A DNA stretch of 20,000 nt from positions 49,877 through 69,876 of the forward strand of contig NW_014569527.1 of NCBI RefSeq assembly GCF_000743755.1. The letters are read 5' to 3'. Under the pieces are notes generated by a model, which saw only the letters and a program-made list of their open reading frames with translations, made no database searches and was not told where the DNA came from. The stretch is from Blastocystis sp. subtype 4. Lineage: Eukaryota. This document shows positions 1 through 11,800 of this stretch, piece after piece (position 1 is the first letter of the stretch; each line of letters begins with the position of its first letter). Position numbers and translations under genes: made by a program.

Positions 1-1929
1 GTGACCATTCTCATTATATCCTTCTAACCATTCATCTACTACTTCTGTGATGGTGATGATGTCACCCACATGTAATTCCAAAAGACCCTCTTCAGCCTCT
101 GTGTATTCATAAATAGCACGCACTTGTTGTCGCTCTCCACCTGGCATCTGAATGTATGTTAAAGGTACGAACCCCTCACGTCCATCAGCAGTTCGAATCT
201 TCATCCACTCACCTCCGTCTTGAAGGGCCGTTACCCACTCTCCTTTTGTTACTGACACTTCCTCAGATGATCTGGCTTCAAAGTCAAACAATACGAGACA
301 CTGAATGTCTTTTGATGGTACTGTCTGCACCATCGAATCCATCGCCTCCTCCAAATCCTTTTCCAGTACATCCTCCAGTGACTCTTCTCTCTGAGTCGAT
401 GGCTCTACCTCACTCGGTTTCGATTTTTCCTCTTCGATTGACTCCAACAACTCGTCTACGTTAAGATTCTCAAGAATTGACTCCATTTCAAAAACAGTTT
501 TCCTACCAAGTGTCACAGATCCTAATGTCGCTCCAGGTTCAATAATCACCTCAGGTGACGGCTCTCGATCTGGTGCTTCATTCTCCTTTGGAGCCTCAGA
601 GGAAGGGAGTTTTTCTGATTGGGGATTGGAGACGGTTTGATCGGGTTGTATGAATACTGATTGAATAGGTTCTGCATCAATCAGTTTCACGGAAGAAGCA
701 GACCCATCGTCAACTGTGACAAATGCTGATTTGGGTAAGGCGTGAGGAAACAACACAGGTTCTTCCGTAGATTCTGAATCCTCAAATACTGTGGATTGAC
801 GTGGAGTTCGAGATGGACGCGATTTCGGTAATGGTAAAGTGGGTTTGATTTCTGTGGGATTCTGAGATTGTGTTGGGTTGGACTCCTGATCATGAATATC
901 ATGTTCGCAATAGAACGACTAATGGGAAGCAATGCAATGAACTCATACTATCTTAACCTCTTCAACTTCTTTCTCGATCTCTTCAGCAGTTCTTCGAGTA
1001 CTGCCTACAACTGCAGAAGGTTGAGCATTTCGGATGCTGTTTTCATCAACTTCGAGAGAAACTTCCTTCTAATGATTACATTGGATACTGACAAAAACAG
1101 TTTCAAGTCTCTGCTGACGTTTTAAAATCGCATCTAATTCTGGATCGCGTTTGAATTCAAAACGACGTTCTTGAGATTCCGATTTCGGCTCTTTTGGTGC
1201 TTCTCCTTTCTATGTTCAATCCCTTCAACAAAATGTACAAATACTTGTTCTTTCTTACGAAGGAGAGTATCTAATTCTGGATCTCGTTTGAATTCAAATC
1301 GTTTCTCTCCTGATTGAGTCTACTTATCATTCGACAAATCTATCCTCACACTTGAGATCGTGGCTTGATTCTCTCCTACCCCATCTCTTGCACTACTTCC
1401 TATTGTAAGATAATTTACTTCATTCTATGGATCAAAGCGACACATTGTATCCACTGAAGCAATCTTCTCTTTTCGCTTAAGCAATTCGTCTAACTCTGGA
1501 TCTCGTTTAATTGTCTACTATTGAAGCAGAAACCGTAAACCTACTCCTGATTTCACAGTAGCATATGCAATGTCTTCTGAATTCTATCCTATTACAAATT
1601 ATATGCAAACTCTCATACACGTGATGGTGTAATATCCTCGAAAGGGACGAATCGAGTCTGTTTCTTTCTACTGATTAACTTGAAGGTAAATCCATCACAC
1701 TTCAACGTAAGGAAGTGGTACAAATCCTTCCTACCCATAAAGAAACACCTGATCAACTACTCTTCCATCACATGATGCCCATAACCATTCGCCGTGATCC
1801 TCTAGAACATCTACTGTCATTCCTTTAACAACTGTTAATCCATCATCGACTTGGGTGCCATCAAAATCAAACAAAACCTTTTCACAATCATCTATTCACA
1901 CCAACAAGTACTGTGGCAGTGTCTGGCAT
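1..1929 (-). CDS. Multi-SH3-domain adaptor protein (at least 3 SH3 domains); multi-exon, runs off the window's left edge
   Basis: ATG at 1929; first intron 1911-1878 (34 nt). The spliced N-terminus MPDTAT|VLFDFDGTQVDDGLTVVKGMTVDVLEDHGEWLWASCDGR|EGFVPLPYVE is an SH3 domain. Minus-strand translation of ~300-1 gives two more: CLVLFDFEARSSEEVSVTKGEWVTALQDGGEWMKIRTADGREGFVPLTYIQ and QVRAIYEYTEAEEGLLELHVGDIITITEVVDEWLEGYNENGH. The acidic middle exons were not all resolved, so a single gene is inferred. Confidence 0.85.
1117..1513 (-). repeat. Three dispersed coding repeats of the peptide KRDPELDx(I/L)L(K/R)(R/K)
   Basis: Minus-strand translations: TIKRDPELDELLKRK (~1513-1470), EKRFEFKRDPELDTLLRKK (~1308-1253), ERRFEFKRDPELDAILKR (~1170-1117). 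The DNA similarity tctggatc(t/g)cgttt is visible on the plus strand. Confidence 0.8.
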
Positions 1930-2026
1930 ATCGTAAAACGAACCTGCGTGAAGAAAACAAGTCTTAAGGGAAAACGGTTCAAGAAGTGGAACCGCGGGAA
2001 TTTCAACTCTCTAGCGGCTTTCATTG

Positions 2027-2034
2027 AATAAACA
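2027..2034 (-). terminator. Variant 3'-end/polyadenylation motif TGTTTATT after the PPR-like gene
   Basis: One mismatch to TGTTTGTT, 18 nt past the TAA. Confidence 0.5.
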
Positions 2035-2052
2035 CAAAAGATAAATGACGGC

Positions 2053-3685
2053 TTATAGTACAGGATACGAACTCTCAATCTGGTTCTTCAGAAACCACTT
2101 GCGAAGAGATTCCGAGGAGATCGAATAGGTCGTAGAAGTCAATCGTCCTTTTCCTCCAACTACAAATGTCGATTTCATGTCTTTTGAATATTGAATTGGT
2201 GGGTACAAATCAGATTGAAGCAATTTCTCCAAGGATTGTTCCTTTTCTTGATTTCGATCCATTTTGATAAAGATTCGACTCTTTTTCAATGAGCTATACA
2301 AGTGTGGGTAATTAAAGAATAGAACCATGACTTGCATTCGTAAAATGGACGAATCCACACGAGAAACATCCATAACTATTCCTAATGAAGATAAACAATG
2401 AATTACAAAATGTGTTTCGGTCCGGATCAAACACACGTCGATCAATCCCGAATTCTTTATCATAGGAAGATATTGCCGATGCACCATAATAAAGTTGATC
2501 CAAATACAGCTTTGTTTGTAACTGTTGTCGCCTATGCCTAATACATCCATTCTTGTTAAAACTTGACAGGATCCTGTAGTGCTCTTTCTTTGACCATCTC
2601 TCGATATTTTTCCCTCCACATCTTCCCTGTATCACACAATCTAGCGATCGTAAAGTACACATCCTGTGTCATAACAATTCCCTCCTTCTCTGTCTTTAGA
2701 TACAATTCAATCGCCTTTTCAGGTTGCCCTGTCTGCTTGTAACATTCAATTAGGGATGAAATAGTCACAGCACTTCGTAGAATGGTTTGTGTCGGAGATG
2801 CAGAAGTATGCTGTAAACACCAGTCATAAAGTTCGATTCCCTCCTTGAAGTATTTCCCATCTACCAATCCCGTCAACAGAGATGACAGAACAATAGGATT
2901 CCAGAGACGCTGACTTGGCCATGTCTGAATAATGGATTTCGCTTTTTCCAGCTCTTTTACAGCAAATAAGGTACTTACTTGCTGAGCTGAGGATGATGTC
3001 AGCACTCATGAATTACCTTCGAGAATTGGGTTCTTATATTCATAAGCAGACGAAGTGCTGTAAATACTGGTAGCAAGTGGATCTGGAGCAACGATATTGG
3101 ATAGAAGAGTTATGATCCGGATGTTCTTCTCAATGGATGCTGCCTTCATAATTAGTTCTGCTGAAGATTTCACCACCGTTACATTCCCGAGAAGATACAA
3201 TACATCAGTAAGATCAATCAGATTGGTATAGTGTTTCTTTTGGAATAGGTGACGAATCAACATTTCCAATTCCTTTTCGTCATCAACGCAATCCAAACTC
3301 ACTTCATTAGACAAAAGCTCACCTGACTCCAGGAATTTGATGATCTTTTCTTTGTACTATGCATTACCCACTTATTCCAACAATATACACGGCCATGATT
3401 CTCGTCATATCGAAGAACCACTCGGATAAGCTTTTGCTTAGATTCCTCCTGCCAATTGATTTTAGTTCTCATAACATCCTTGTCTTCTAGCTGGGGAACT
3501 CTATCTTTCAAATCACTCTTTCATCTCCACATTTGTTGTCGCTTTCCTTCAACATTACTATCAGAGAGTTTTTTGTTCTGACTGGTAACGAATGAACGCT
3601 CAAATAGACGATGTCTCGTGAAAGCTCTTGTTCTTCCTAGAACTCCGACCGTAGCAACAAGAACTCGTTCGGATCGAAGTAACAT
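2053..3685 (-). CDS. PPR-like helical-repeat protein with putative mitochondrial targeting peptide and possible C-terminal Smr-like segment; multi-exon
   Basis: ATG at 3685 begins an Arg-rich, acid-poor leader (MLLRSERVLVATVGVLGRTRAFTRHRLFERSF). ~30-nt introns join ORFs 3299-3511, 3006-3314 and 2556-3005. PPR-like units: IVLSSLLTGLVDGKYFKEGIELYDWC and VTISSLIECYKQTGQPEKAIELYLKTEKEGIVMT-QDVYFTIARLC. The C-terminal TFVVGGKG...SLRKWF recalls the Smr (I/V)xGKG core. TAA at 2055-2053. Confidence 0.7.
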
Positions 3686-3708
3686 ACCAAATCCCAACTG
3701 TGAGATAT

Positions 3709-3716
3709 AACAAACA
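3709..3716 (-). terminator. TGTTTGTT polyadenylation motif of the HCF101-like gene
   Basis: Exact motif; the T at 3721, 5 nt upstream, is a first codon position. Confidence 0.85.
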
Positions 3717-3720
3717 CAGT

Positions 3721-5368
3721 ATTGAAATTCCTTAAAGAAACTTTCCATCTTATCATATGGATAAATCGACGTTCCATGACCATCTGACCACTGCACACTT
3801 ATTCCATAATTGCCTTCATAGTCAATACTCGTTGGAACTACATCTGCTGGTACATCCTCCTCCTTCAACAGCTTCTTTCCAGTAAATTCATCAACACACT
3901 TTGAACATCCACATCGCATACGCAGTGATGTGAAGGAAGACATTCAAATCTTATTCAGACAAAGGATATAATCTCGAGGTTTCATTTTGATCTCTTCAGC
4001 AGAGGTGGGAGAGATCTTCCGAAGAACTATGCCATCTTCCTTCTTAAATGAAACCTCATAGTTTGTGCCTGGAATGTAACGACGACGCACCATATCTGCA
4101 ATTAGCTTCAAATTACGAAATAACAAAAATAGTACCGATTCTGCAATCATTGAGAATTTGTCAGATATAGGAGACTCTGGATGTGAACAGACGACAGGAA
4201 GCTCATCTGACTTGGACAATGACAGATCGATAGGTAATGTGAACTTGTTAGGAATAGCAAATTTCGTTGACAAAGCATCCAGATTAGTGGTCCCGAAAGG
4301 ATAATAGGTTTCTCCATGTTTACAAGTGAAGCTAGACATGTTCTCCACCAATGCATTCACAGGAACTTTCAGCTTGGAGAACATTCGGATCCCTTTCTCT
4401 GTATCTGCTACTGACAGAATCTGAGGTGTAGTGACAATGACTGATCCTGACAATGAGAGCTTCTGACAGAGGGATAACTGAACATCGCCTGTACCAGGAG
4501 GGAGATCCAGAATCAAAAAATCCAGATCACCCCAGAGAGTGTTGTTGAGAATCTGCTCGACAATACTCATCACCATTGGTCCACGCATTATATTACTGCT
4601 AGTTGTGCTGGACATCCACCCAAATGACATACAAAGTAATTCGTGGAGTTTGAAGGGAAGCCACGTAGATTCATTGTAAGCAAGAACTAAATATGATTGA
4701 GAATGAGTAATAGTACTTTGGTCTTTTTCGTGATGCAGAAGAATGGGAAGTGAGGGACCGAAAATGTCGCAATCGAGAATGCCAACACGACCTCCTAATT
4801 GATGGAGTCTACAATTTAGACCGACTTTCTAGAATACGCAAAGGCCAAATTTACGGCAATTGTAGACTTTCCTACACCTCCTTTACAACTTGAGACGGCA
4901 ATAATGTTGCTAACATGTTTAAGATTATCAATCTTGTTATGACGGTCAGTTACCATTGCAGAAGGACGCTGGGATTTGGGACTAATATTCACTTCCATCG
5001 GATTCAACCAAGCTAGAGAACGGAGAGCTTCATGACATGCCATAGAAAGCTAACCATAATGAAAGGAGAACAAAGAGTACTTCATCATACTTGGGATAGG
5101 CATTAGAAATCATTTCGATATTAAACGATACTCCTCTTTCTGTAGGTTTGATGTTTTTAACCCAGTTTAGTTTCTTCAGAGGTAAATTGGTATAGGGTTC
5201 AATAACCTAGTAATCACTTTTTAAATAGTAAGCTCATACACTGTTAAGAACGTTGCGTATCTCTTCAACTCGTTGAGCCTCTACCATGGGATTAAGAGTA
5301 GAAAACCGGGAAGCGAGAACTCTCACAAAGGAAGACGACGTTGCTCCAATTCTAAGAGATGATAGCAT
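3721..5368 (-). CDS. HCF101: HCF101-type Fe-S cluster scaffold (DUF59/MIP18-like + Mrp/NBP35 P-loop ATPase + DUF971/GBBH-N-like), with putative mitochondrial leader; stop probably made by polyadenylation
   Basis: ATG at 5368 (MLSSLRIGATSSSFVRVLASRFSTL); first intron 5239-5207. Motifs: IIAVSSCKGGVGKSTIAVNLAFA, VGILDCDIFGPSLP, MRGPMV, WGDLDFLILDLPPGTGDVQLSL, VIVTTPQ, LVENMS. C-terminal CGCSKCVDEFTG...GNYGISVQWSDGHGTSIYPY. No stop codon follows this domain. Confidence 0.9.
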
Positions 5369-5508
5369 ACTTGAGATGAGATATTGATAGTCGAAGAATT
5401 CCCGTTTTCTGTGATAGGAACTAGAATGTGGGATCCCACCTATCAAGATAATAATTGTACATTGTGTGGCCCGGTCCTGAACCTGCCATTTTAAGTAGAT
5501 CCAAGTGA

Positions 5509-8500
5509 ATGAGTGAGGAGAATTCGTGGGTTGACTTTTCCAATGCATCTCCTTGGGAGGAAAGTATTACTCAATTGGAGGAAATCCTTGTTAATTTCCA
5601 AATTGGATTTCGATTGCCTTGTACTCGTCCTTCTCTCTTCTTAACAAGTTAGCTTCCGACAATGAAATTGATACTGTAAAAGAGTTGTACATGTTCGACG
5701 GATTACAATATTGTGTCAAGTACTGTTTTTCATCGTTTTCCAATGTTCTCAATGACGGTACGAGTTTTTTTGCATCGAATTTTAATGTGTAGAGAATGTC
5801 TATTGGCCTTCGTATATGAATGAGATGATGAAAACAGATCATCCTGATATATCAGATGAAATCGACATATTCCATTCATTTGGGATTTCTGAATTTATAT
5901 TTATCCAATTAGTAGACTTCTTCATTGTGTTTGAGAATAGGAGAGTTCGGATCTTCGTAGATATGTTGATTTGAATCGACCAAAGCAACTGCTCTCGACT
6001 GCTATCATTGCACAGCGTCATCTTGAGCTTTCTCTTCCTGTCTTCGTCGAAGTCGTTTCCTTTTTTTGCATTTTATTTAGGGACCTCCTGATTCGTATCC
6101 CATTCTAGGTGCTTATTATGCACCTCAGGGATTGTATTCCTGTTCTACCACATTCCAAACGGAGCAATTTTCATCTACTCCTTCTTTTTGTGAATCGCTT
6201 CATTCCTTTGTCGACTGGTTCTGTGAGAAAACACGATGTACTCAGGATTCGCTCCTGGTTCGTCGTAGCTATGATTGGACATGGTTTCCATCTTCTTCAT
6301 GGAGAAATCGAACTTATTCGAAAGAAGAACTGCAATCAGAGTATCCTGTTCTCTTCATGCTTCAGGGGTTCTCTTCGGTTCCTATGTGGGGTCCTTCTCA
6401 CAACCCCCTGCTTTCTATGCATGTTTCTATTCGAATGCCCATTTCATCCATGGTTTTCCCAGTTTTCAGTATTCACCCCTAGACGGAGTTCCGCGGTTTT
6501 GATCCACTTTTGGCGGACCGCTTTATTGTGAAATCAGAGCTAGGGGAATTGGTTCGATTGCCCCTATGCAGTATGTGGACATCTCTGTGTCACTGCTGGA
6601 GTGAAGCAAAGAAAGAAGGAGAGAAACACATTTTGTACAATGCTGGACAACGCTTCTACAACCAATTAGTGAGTAATGAAGCCAATGGCAATAATTGTGA
6701 TGATTTTTGGAATTCCTAATTTCTAGCTAATTCTCACAGAGTGTTTTCTTCAATGATGGATATGTTGACGGGTGTATGACTAGGTATCCTTGATGATCAA
6801 TAGACTCATGCAATCAGTACAGAAGCAATTGTAGATGCTGTGAAGTATGTCTTTACAAAGCGTATTCAAGTGTGTGAAGACAAGTTAGTGACCAATTTTA
6901 CACGCAGCAAGTTTGTTCCTGAAGCATATTTAGAATCTATTCCCAATGAAACTCCTGATGATGAAACTCCCGATGATGAAACTCATCCCATTCTATTACC
7001 AAAACGAATCATTAGAATTCCTATTCATGATCGTGTGTATCATTACATCTGTGAGTGCTATAAGCCAGTTGTCAGTCGTAGTGCCTCGAGCTACTGGTTC
7101 ATATCACATCGAGCGAGCAGTGTTGACTCCATCTGATAGTGATACTGTGAGTCATTCATCTCCTATCAATAGTCTTGTTACTCTACTAAGTCTTCGATGT
7201 GGTGAGATAGTGAGTGAACGTAAGATTGAGATGAGTAATGATGAGACAGGTCCAGTAGAAACCTTATCATTATTTTGGTATCTGTTTGTTTCGGTTGTTG
7301 AGTATCATTACGAACAATTGAAATTGTTACCCCATATGGGATGCATACTTGATCACAAAGATAGCATTTGTGTGAATCGACCACCTCTTCCTTCATTTCA
7401 ATATACTTTACTGCATCAAAAACTAACGATGTTGAATTGTTGTATTGAAGAGAGAGCGAATAATTCAAGATACATTACTGATGACGAATCTCTTGGATAT
7501 GAAGAGTGTTCATCTGATAGTGAGGTAACGTACTTTTCAGATTCTGAAGATGAATCTGAAGTAATAGAAACAGATCAGGTGAGTTCAGTAGAGAGAGAGG
7601 AAACTGACTCAAATGAGAAGGAAGAGGACTATGTGAAACCAGAAGGAAGAGGGATTTTGAATTGGAGTGGTTGGTTTCTGGCAGGAACCGATATTCCTTG
7701 CTTTATTCCTATCACTAAGGATAAAAACATTCTCACAGTTATCATTAGTTGGATCCTTCACCTCTAGGAGGATGAGTTTCGGAAGCAACAAGAACTGCTG
7801 GCACAAGCTGGATCCTCTGTGAATTCAATTCGTGATGTCTTTGTGGATACAGTGATTGATGATATTCAAGCTTTCAAAGCAGCAAATCCTCAAGCTCGAT
7901 TTGAAGACTTTGTGCGTTGGCATTCACCTCGTGACTGGAGTCCATCTGATTCTTCTCGTTTCTCTTTCTCTTCTTCTCTCAGGTCTAGCTTATGGTGAAC
8001 TCTCTGCACGTATGCGAGGAGATAATCCTCTTCATGTTCTCTTCAATCAATCCGTTCCTTTGGCTGCTTCTCATCAGAAACGTCTTTTCAATGCTACTGT
8101 GGAGGGTGAGATTGTTCTCGATTATTTGCGCACGCTCTCACCTCTCTCTGTAATGAATCAGATTCTGCTTCCTTTTCTGGGAGCCTCTTGCTATATCCTT
8201 GAACACATCGATCCGCAAACCAATACAATTCCCACGGTAATTCGATCATTGTCGAAATTGAAGACTGCAGTTCATGATTTATCATTACTCTTGGATGGTG
8301 ATGGCGAATTGAACATGGACTCATTGAATCTCTGTGAAGAAAGAATGCAAGAGGCTGAAGCTGTTGCCACGAAGGCTTCTGCCTTGCTGGGTGTGACAGG
8401 AGGAGATGTGAAATTGACTGAGGCACTATTGGAGAATGGTTATTGTGTTGATCTGAGTGAGTCGTTGCAGTCTAGTCGTGATTCCATTGTGCGGTTGATA

Positions 8501-8722
8501 AGTGAGCGATTGGAGCAATCACAGTCTGATGCTAGTGAATATGAAGTATGGTCGAGAAGCCGATGTAGTGCTGAGGATGCGTCGCTGGATGCGTTTGTGG
8601 AGCCTTTAGGAAACAAGGCGTAAGCATGAAGGATGAGCATTAAGAGTAGGGTTGTAAAAAAGGATTCGAAGAAGACAACAGTGTCAACTGCGATAAGTGC
8701 ATGTGATATTTTGAGTTTGTGA
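5509..8722 (+). CDS. RAB3GAP1: Rab3 GTPase-activating protein catalytic subunit (Rab3GAP1-like); multi-exon
   Basis: N-terminus MSEENSWVDFSNASPWEESITQLEEIL resembles DFTTASEWERFISKVEEVL. Further family motifs: FGISEFIFI, LLHQKLTMLNCCIEER, DIQAFKAANPQARFEDFVRWHSPRDW, GELSARM, QKRLFNATVEGEIVLDYL. After the last intron (8620-8649) it reads ...ACDILSL-TGA (8720-8722). Confidence 0.93.
6945..6986 (+). repeat. Short 15-bp tandem coding repeat (~2.7 copies) encoding NETPDDETPDDETH
   Basis: aatgaaactcct-gatgatgaaactccc-gatgatgaaactcat, within a Rab3GAP exon. Confidence 0.75.
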
Positions 8723-8725
8723 GGG

Positions 8726-8733
8726 TGTTTGTT
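8726..8733 (+). terminator. TGTTTGTT polyadenylation motif of Rab3GAP1
   Basis: Exact motif 3 nt after TGA 8720-8722. Confidence 0.85.
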
Positions 8734-8814
8734 AGATCACAGAATTTTAGAACTTGCCTTTTCTTTTCATCAAATTCGACAGTAGTTGCTGTTTTACTGA
8801 TTCTGTTTGGATAT

Positions 8815-11800
8815 ATGTCGTATAAGCAAGTGAATTCACTCGCTTTGTCTGTTTCTCGGTATCAAAGCTTTGACCGGGTGGCACGTTATATGTTTTATCT
8901 CCAGAAGCTTGGAAATCAACAAAGATCTCAGTTTTGGAGGGATTTGTCTGTCGGATTTGAATAAAGTGGATCAAACATAGATTTCTGATGGTATTCATGT
9001 AGAAGATGTCACTTTCAAAACATTAAACCCAGATTCATATTTCCAGCGTTTATCATCTCTAGCAGACAATTCGTACTTATTTGATACGTCAACAACGGTA
9101 ATTGCCTCCTATAAAGAGAATTCTCTTGTTCTCTGTTTGGACTTCTCGTCAAGTATGCACGAGTTAGATGATACAACTGGAAATACGTATATTGAAGATA
9201 TGTTAATGAATTTGGAAAACACGATAAGTCATTTGTTTCGTCCTTGGACAAATCCAACGAAAGATGTTGATTTGAGTATGGATTTCAAGTCTCGTTATTG
9301 TGTCAAGGCAGTTCGACTCACTGTGTTACTATTTGGAGAACATTTCACAAATTGTGTTCTTTTTGATCATGAGGTAACTCTTTCGACTGTAAAGGAAACA
9401 GCTGCTTATATTATCAATTTAATTGAAACGAACCCATCTGTAACACATCCACATCCTGAACCAACAGAAGCATCGATTCCACTTCTTCATTCTACGCTTC
9501 ATTTTCCTCTTTCTTCTTCTTCATCTGTATCATTGGCTTCCATCTCACCTCATCCACTGGATCCACCTGAACTAATAAGGGAGATAGATTTGTTGACTGA
9601 GGTGGTACGACAGTCTCTCTATTTATTTCAACAAATCACTGCTGACACCGTAAAATCAATCCTGATTGTTAGTCGATGTCAGTTGGATGTGAATACGAAA
9701 AGCTTTCAAAGCTTATTATTGTTGCTGATTCAACGAGACATTTGTTTGTGGTGTCTTCCACTTCTTAACACTTCATCACGATCCTGCTTGCACACAGATG
9801 ATTGTACTGAGATGCAAGTTCTTTGCCGAATCACAGGAGGAGAATGTGTATATGAAACTGTTTGCATTCACGAGGGTTATCACTCTGTAGACATTGTCAT
9901 CTCATATCTTCCTTCGTTCGGTTGATACTAATCAGTCTATCATTTCTACTCTTCCTTTCACAATCTCTGCTAGCCATGCTTGTGATTCTAATGATCTCCA
10001 TCACATACATGTATCATGTCAGAAATACATTGGATACGTTGAGAGTTTTGTTGAAATATGTCTTCGGGAAGGATTCCTCGTTGAGAAGGTGTGTCTTCTC
10101 CAAGGTCGACTCTTCACTGCTACTCTTCTTCTTCCTCTCTCATTCACTCTTCATTTGAAACTAATTGTTCATACGGTGAGTCTTTGAATGAGTCCTCATA
10201 TGTAGTCTGAATGGGTTACATTGAAACAGCAAACCTTTTTCACAGAGATGAATGTGATTCATTCTTCGTATTCTTCTCATTATATCACTTCCGCAATCCA
10301 ACTTGCTTGGCATATTCACAATCATTTCAATAGTCTATTCTCTCTTAACCCTCCTCCTGATGCACTGATGGATTGTGTGTTAGTTACATCAGGTTTCGAG
10401 TCTACAGTCATTCAATCATACTGTCTCTCATTCCTAGTCTCTTTGTTTCGATATCTTCGTTCATCCATTCATTGGTACAACTGTCAATGCTCAAGACAAA
10501 CAGAACAGTCTGGACTCATGGTTAGCACCATGTCAACTAATTACGGTATCTCGTCTAACAACATGGATTAGTGTATACTTAGTGATCAAGTCATTCCTTT
10601 GTAGAACACATTTCAATTCCTTGGCTATCAATCATACCATCGTTCTGTTCAACATGCTCAGCCAACGAATCCACTCTTCATATGTGAACAACAAACTCAT
10701 TCGTTTCTTCTTCAACCTTATATCAAATCGAACCAACTGATCATTCATTGCACTCTTCAACTCATTCGATGGGAAGGAAGTATCTCTTCTGAGGAGATCC
10801 AATATCTCTTACGAGATGAGATCACTAGACTCACATCTGACTATCAGAATCAGAGAGTCTTTCAGAAGGATCTCACTCTTCAAATCATATTTCCTTCATT
10901 ACGACTGAATCTCACACACCAGTCCAATTTATTTTCAAATCTGACACAAAAACTGGAAAATTCTGACACTTGTCAAAATAACCCCATACTTTGTCCATGT
11001 GTTCCTGCTGCCCACTTTTGTTGGGAATCCTATGAGATTCATCGCCATCCAGTTAACGCCTATTTTATTCTCCATTCCATCTTATCGTCACATATTCTGG
11101 ATTGGTTACAATTGAATCATTTCCAGTTGTATCGCTGTTCAGAGACAGGAGATGGAACTCAAGCCTATTTGACAAGCACCAGAAATACTGGTCGTCAATT
11201 GGTACTTCGCTATTCCCGCGGTTCTGAACAACATACACTTGAAGTGTTGTATCAACCATTCATCTCAACACTCCTTCAGCCTCCAATAACTCCATTATCC
11301 ACTCTTCTGGAATGTTCTCAAAGGAAGAGGAATCGAATGACCATTCCTGAGACTGAAGAGAAGGTATTATTGCATGTGTATTTGGAGCAAATGTCAACTG
11401 AACTCCAACTGAATTCAGTTCTGTTTGATTTGTTATCTCGTCTGTTCAACTCAGTTCTGACACATCAGGTGTCTTCTTCAACCATCACAAACTCAACACT
11501 GTTCATTCATCTCATTCTTTTCATTTTTAGAGAGCAAGAAGTTGTTAGGATTCTCCTACAGCGGTGTATTCATTCAACACAGCATTTCTACGCATTCTTA
11601 CCTGTCTTGCCCACAAGTCATTCACACACATGTCCTTTGCTTTCTAATAAATTTTCGGTACCATTTGTCCATTCAAAATCGGATTCCATTAGTATGCAAG
11701 CTAATTCCTATCTGTTCTCAATCATTCAATTCAATCTATCAATTCGATTTTTCACTCTTCCTGATAGTATGTTGCATCATCTTCACACAATCGCTTCGGA

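Noticed and set aside
156..1125. Plus-strand ORFs 156-464 and 868-1125
   Set aside because: Antisense shadows of the SH3 gene, whose minus-strand frame has clear domains
5426..5512. Upstream ATG at 5426 as an extra first exon of Rab3GAP1
   Set aside because: The GT-AG options tried all hit a stop or fall out of frame with ATG 5509; at most a uORF
5591..6021. Minus-strand ORFs suggesting an extra gene
   Set aside because: The plus strand here encodes the conserved Rab3GAP1 N-terminus with proper introns
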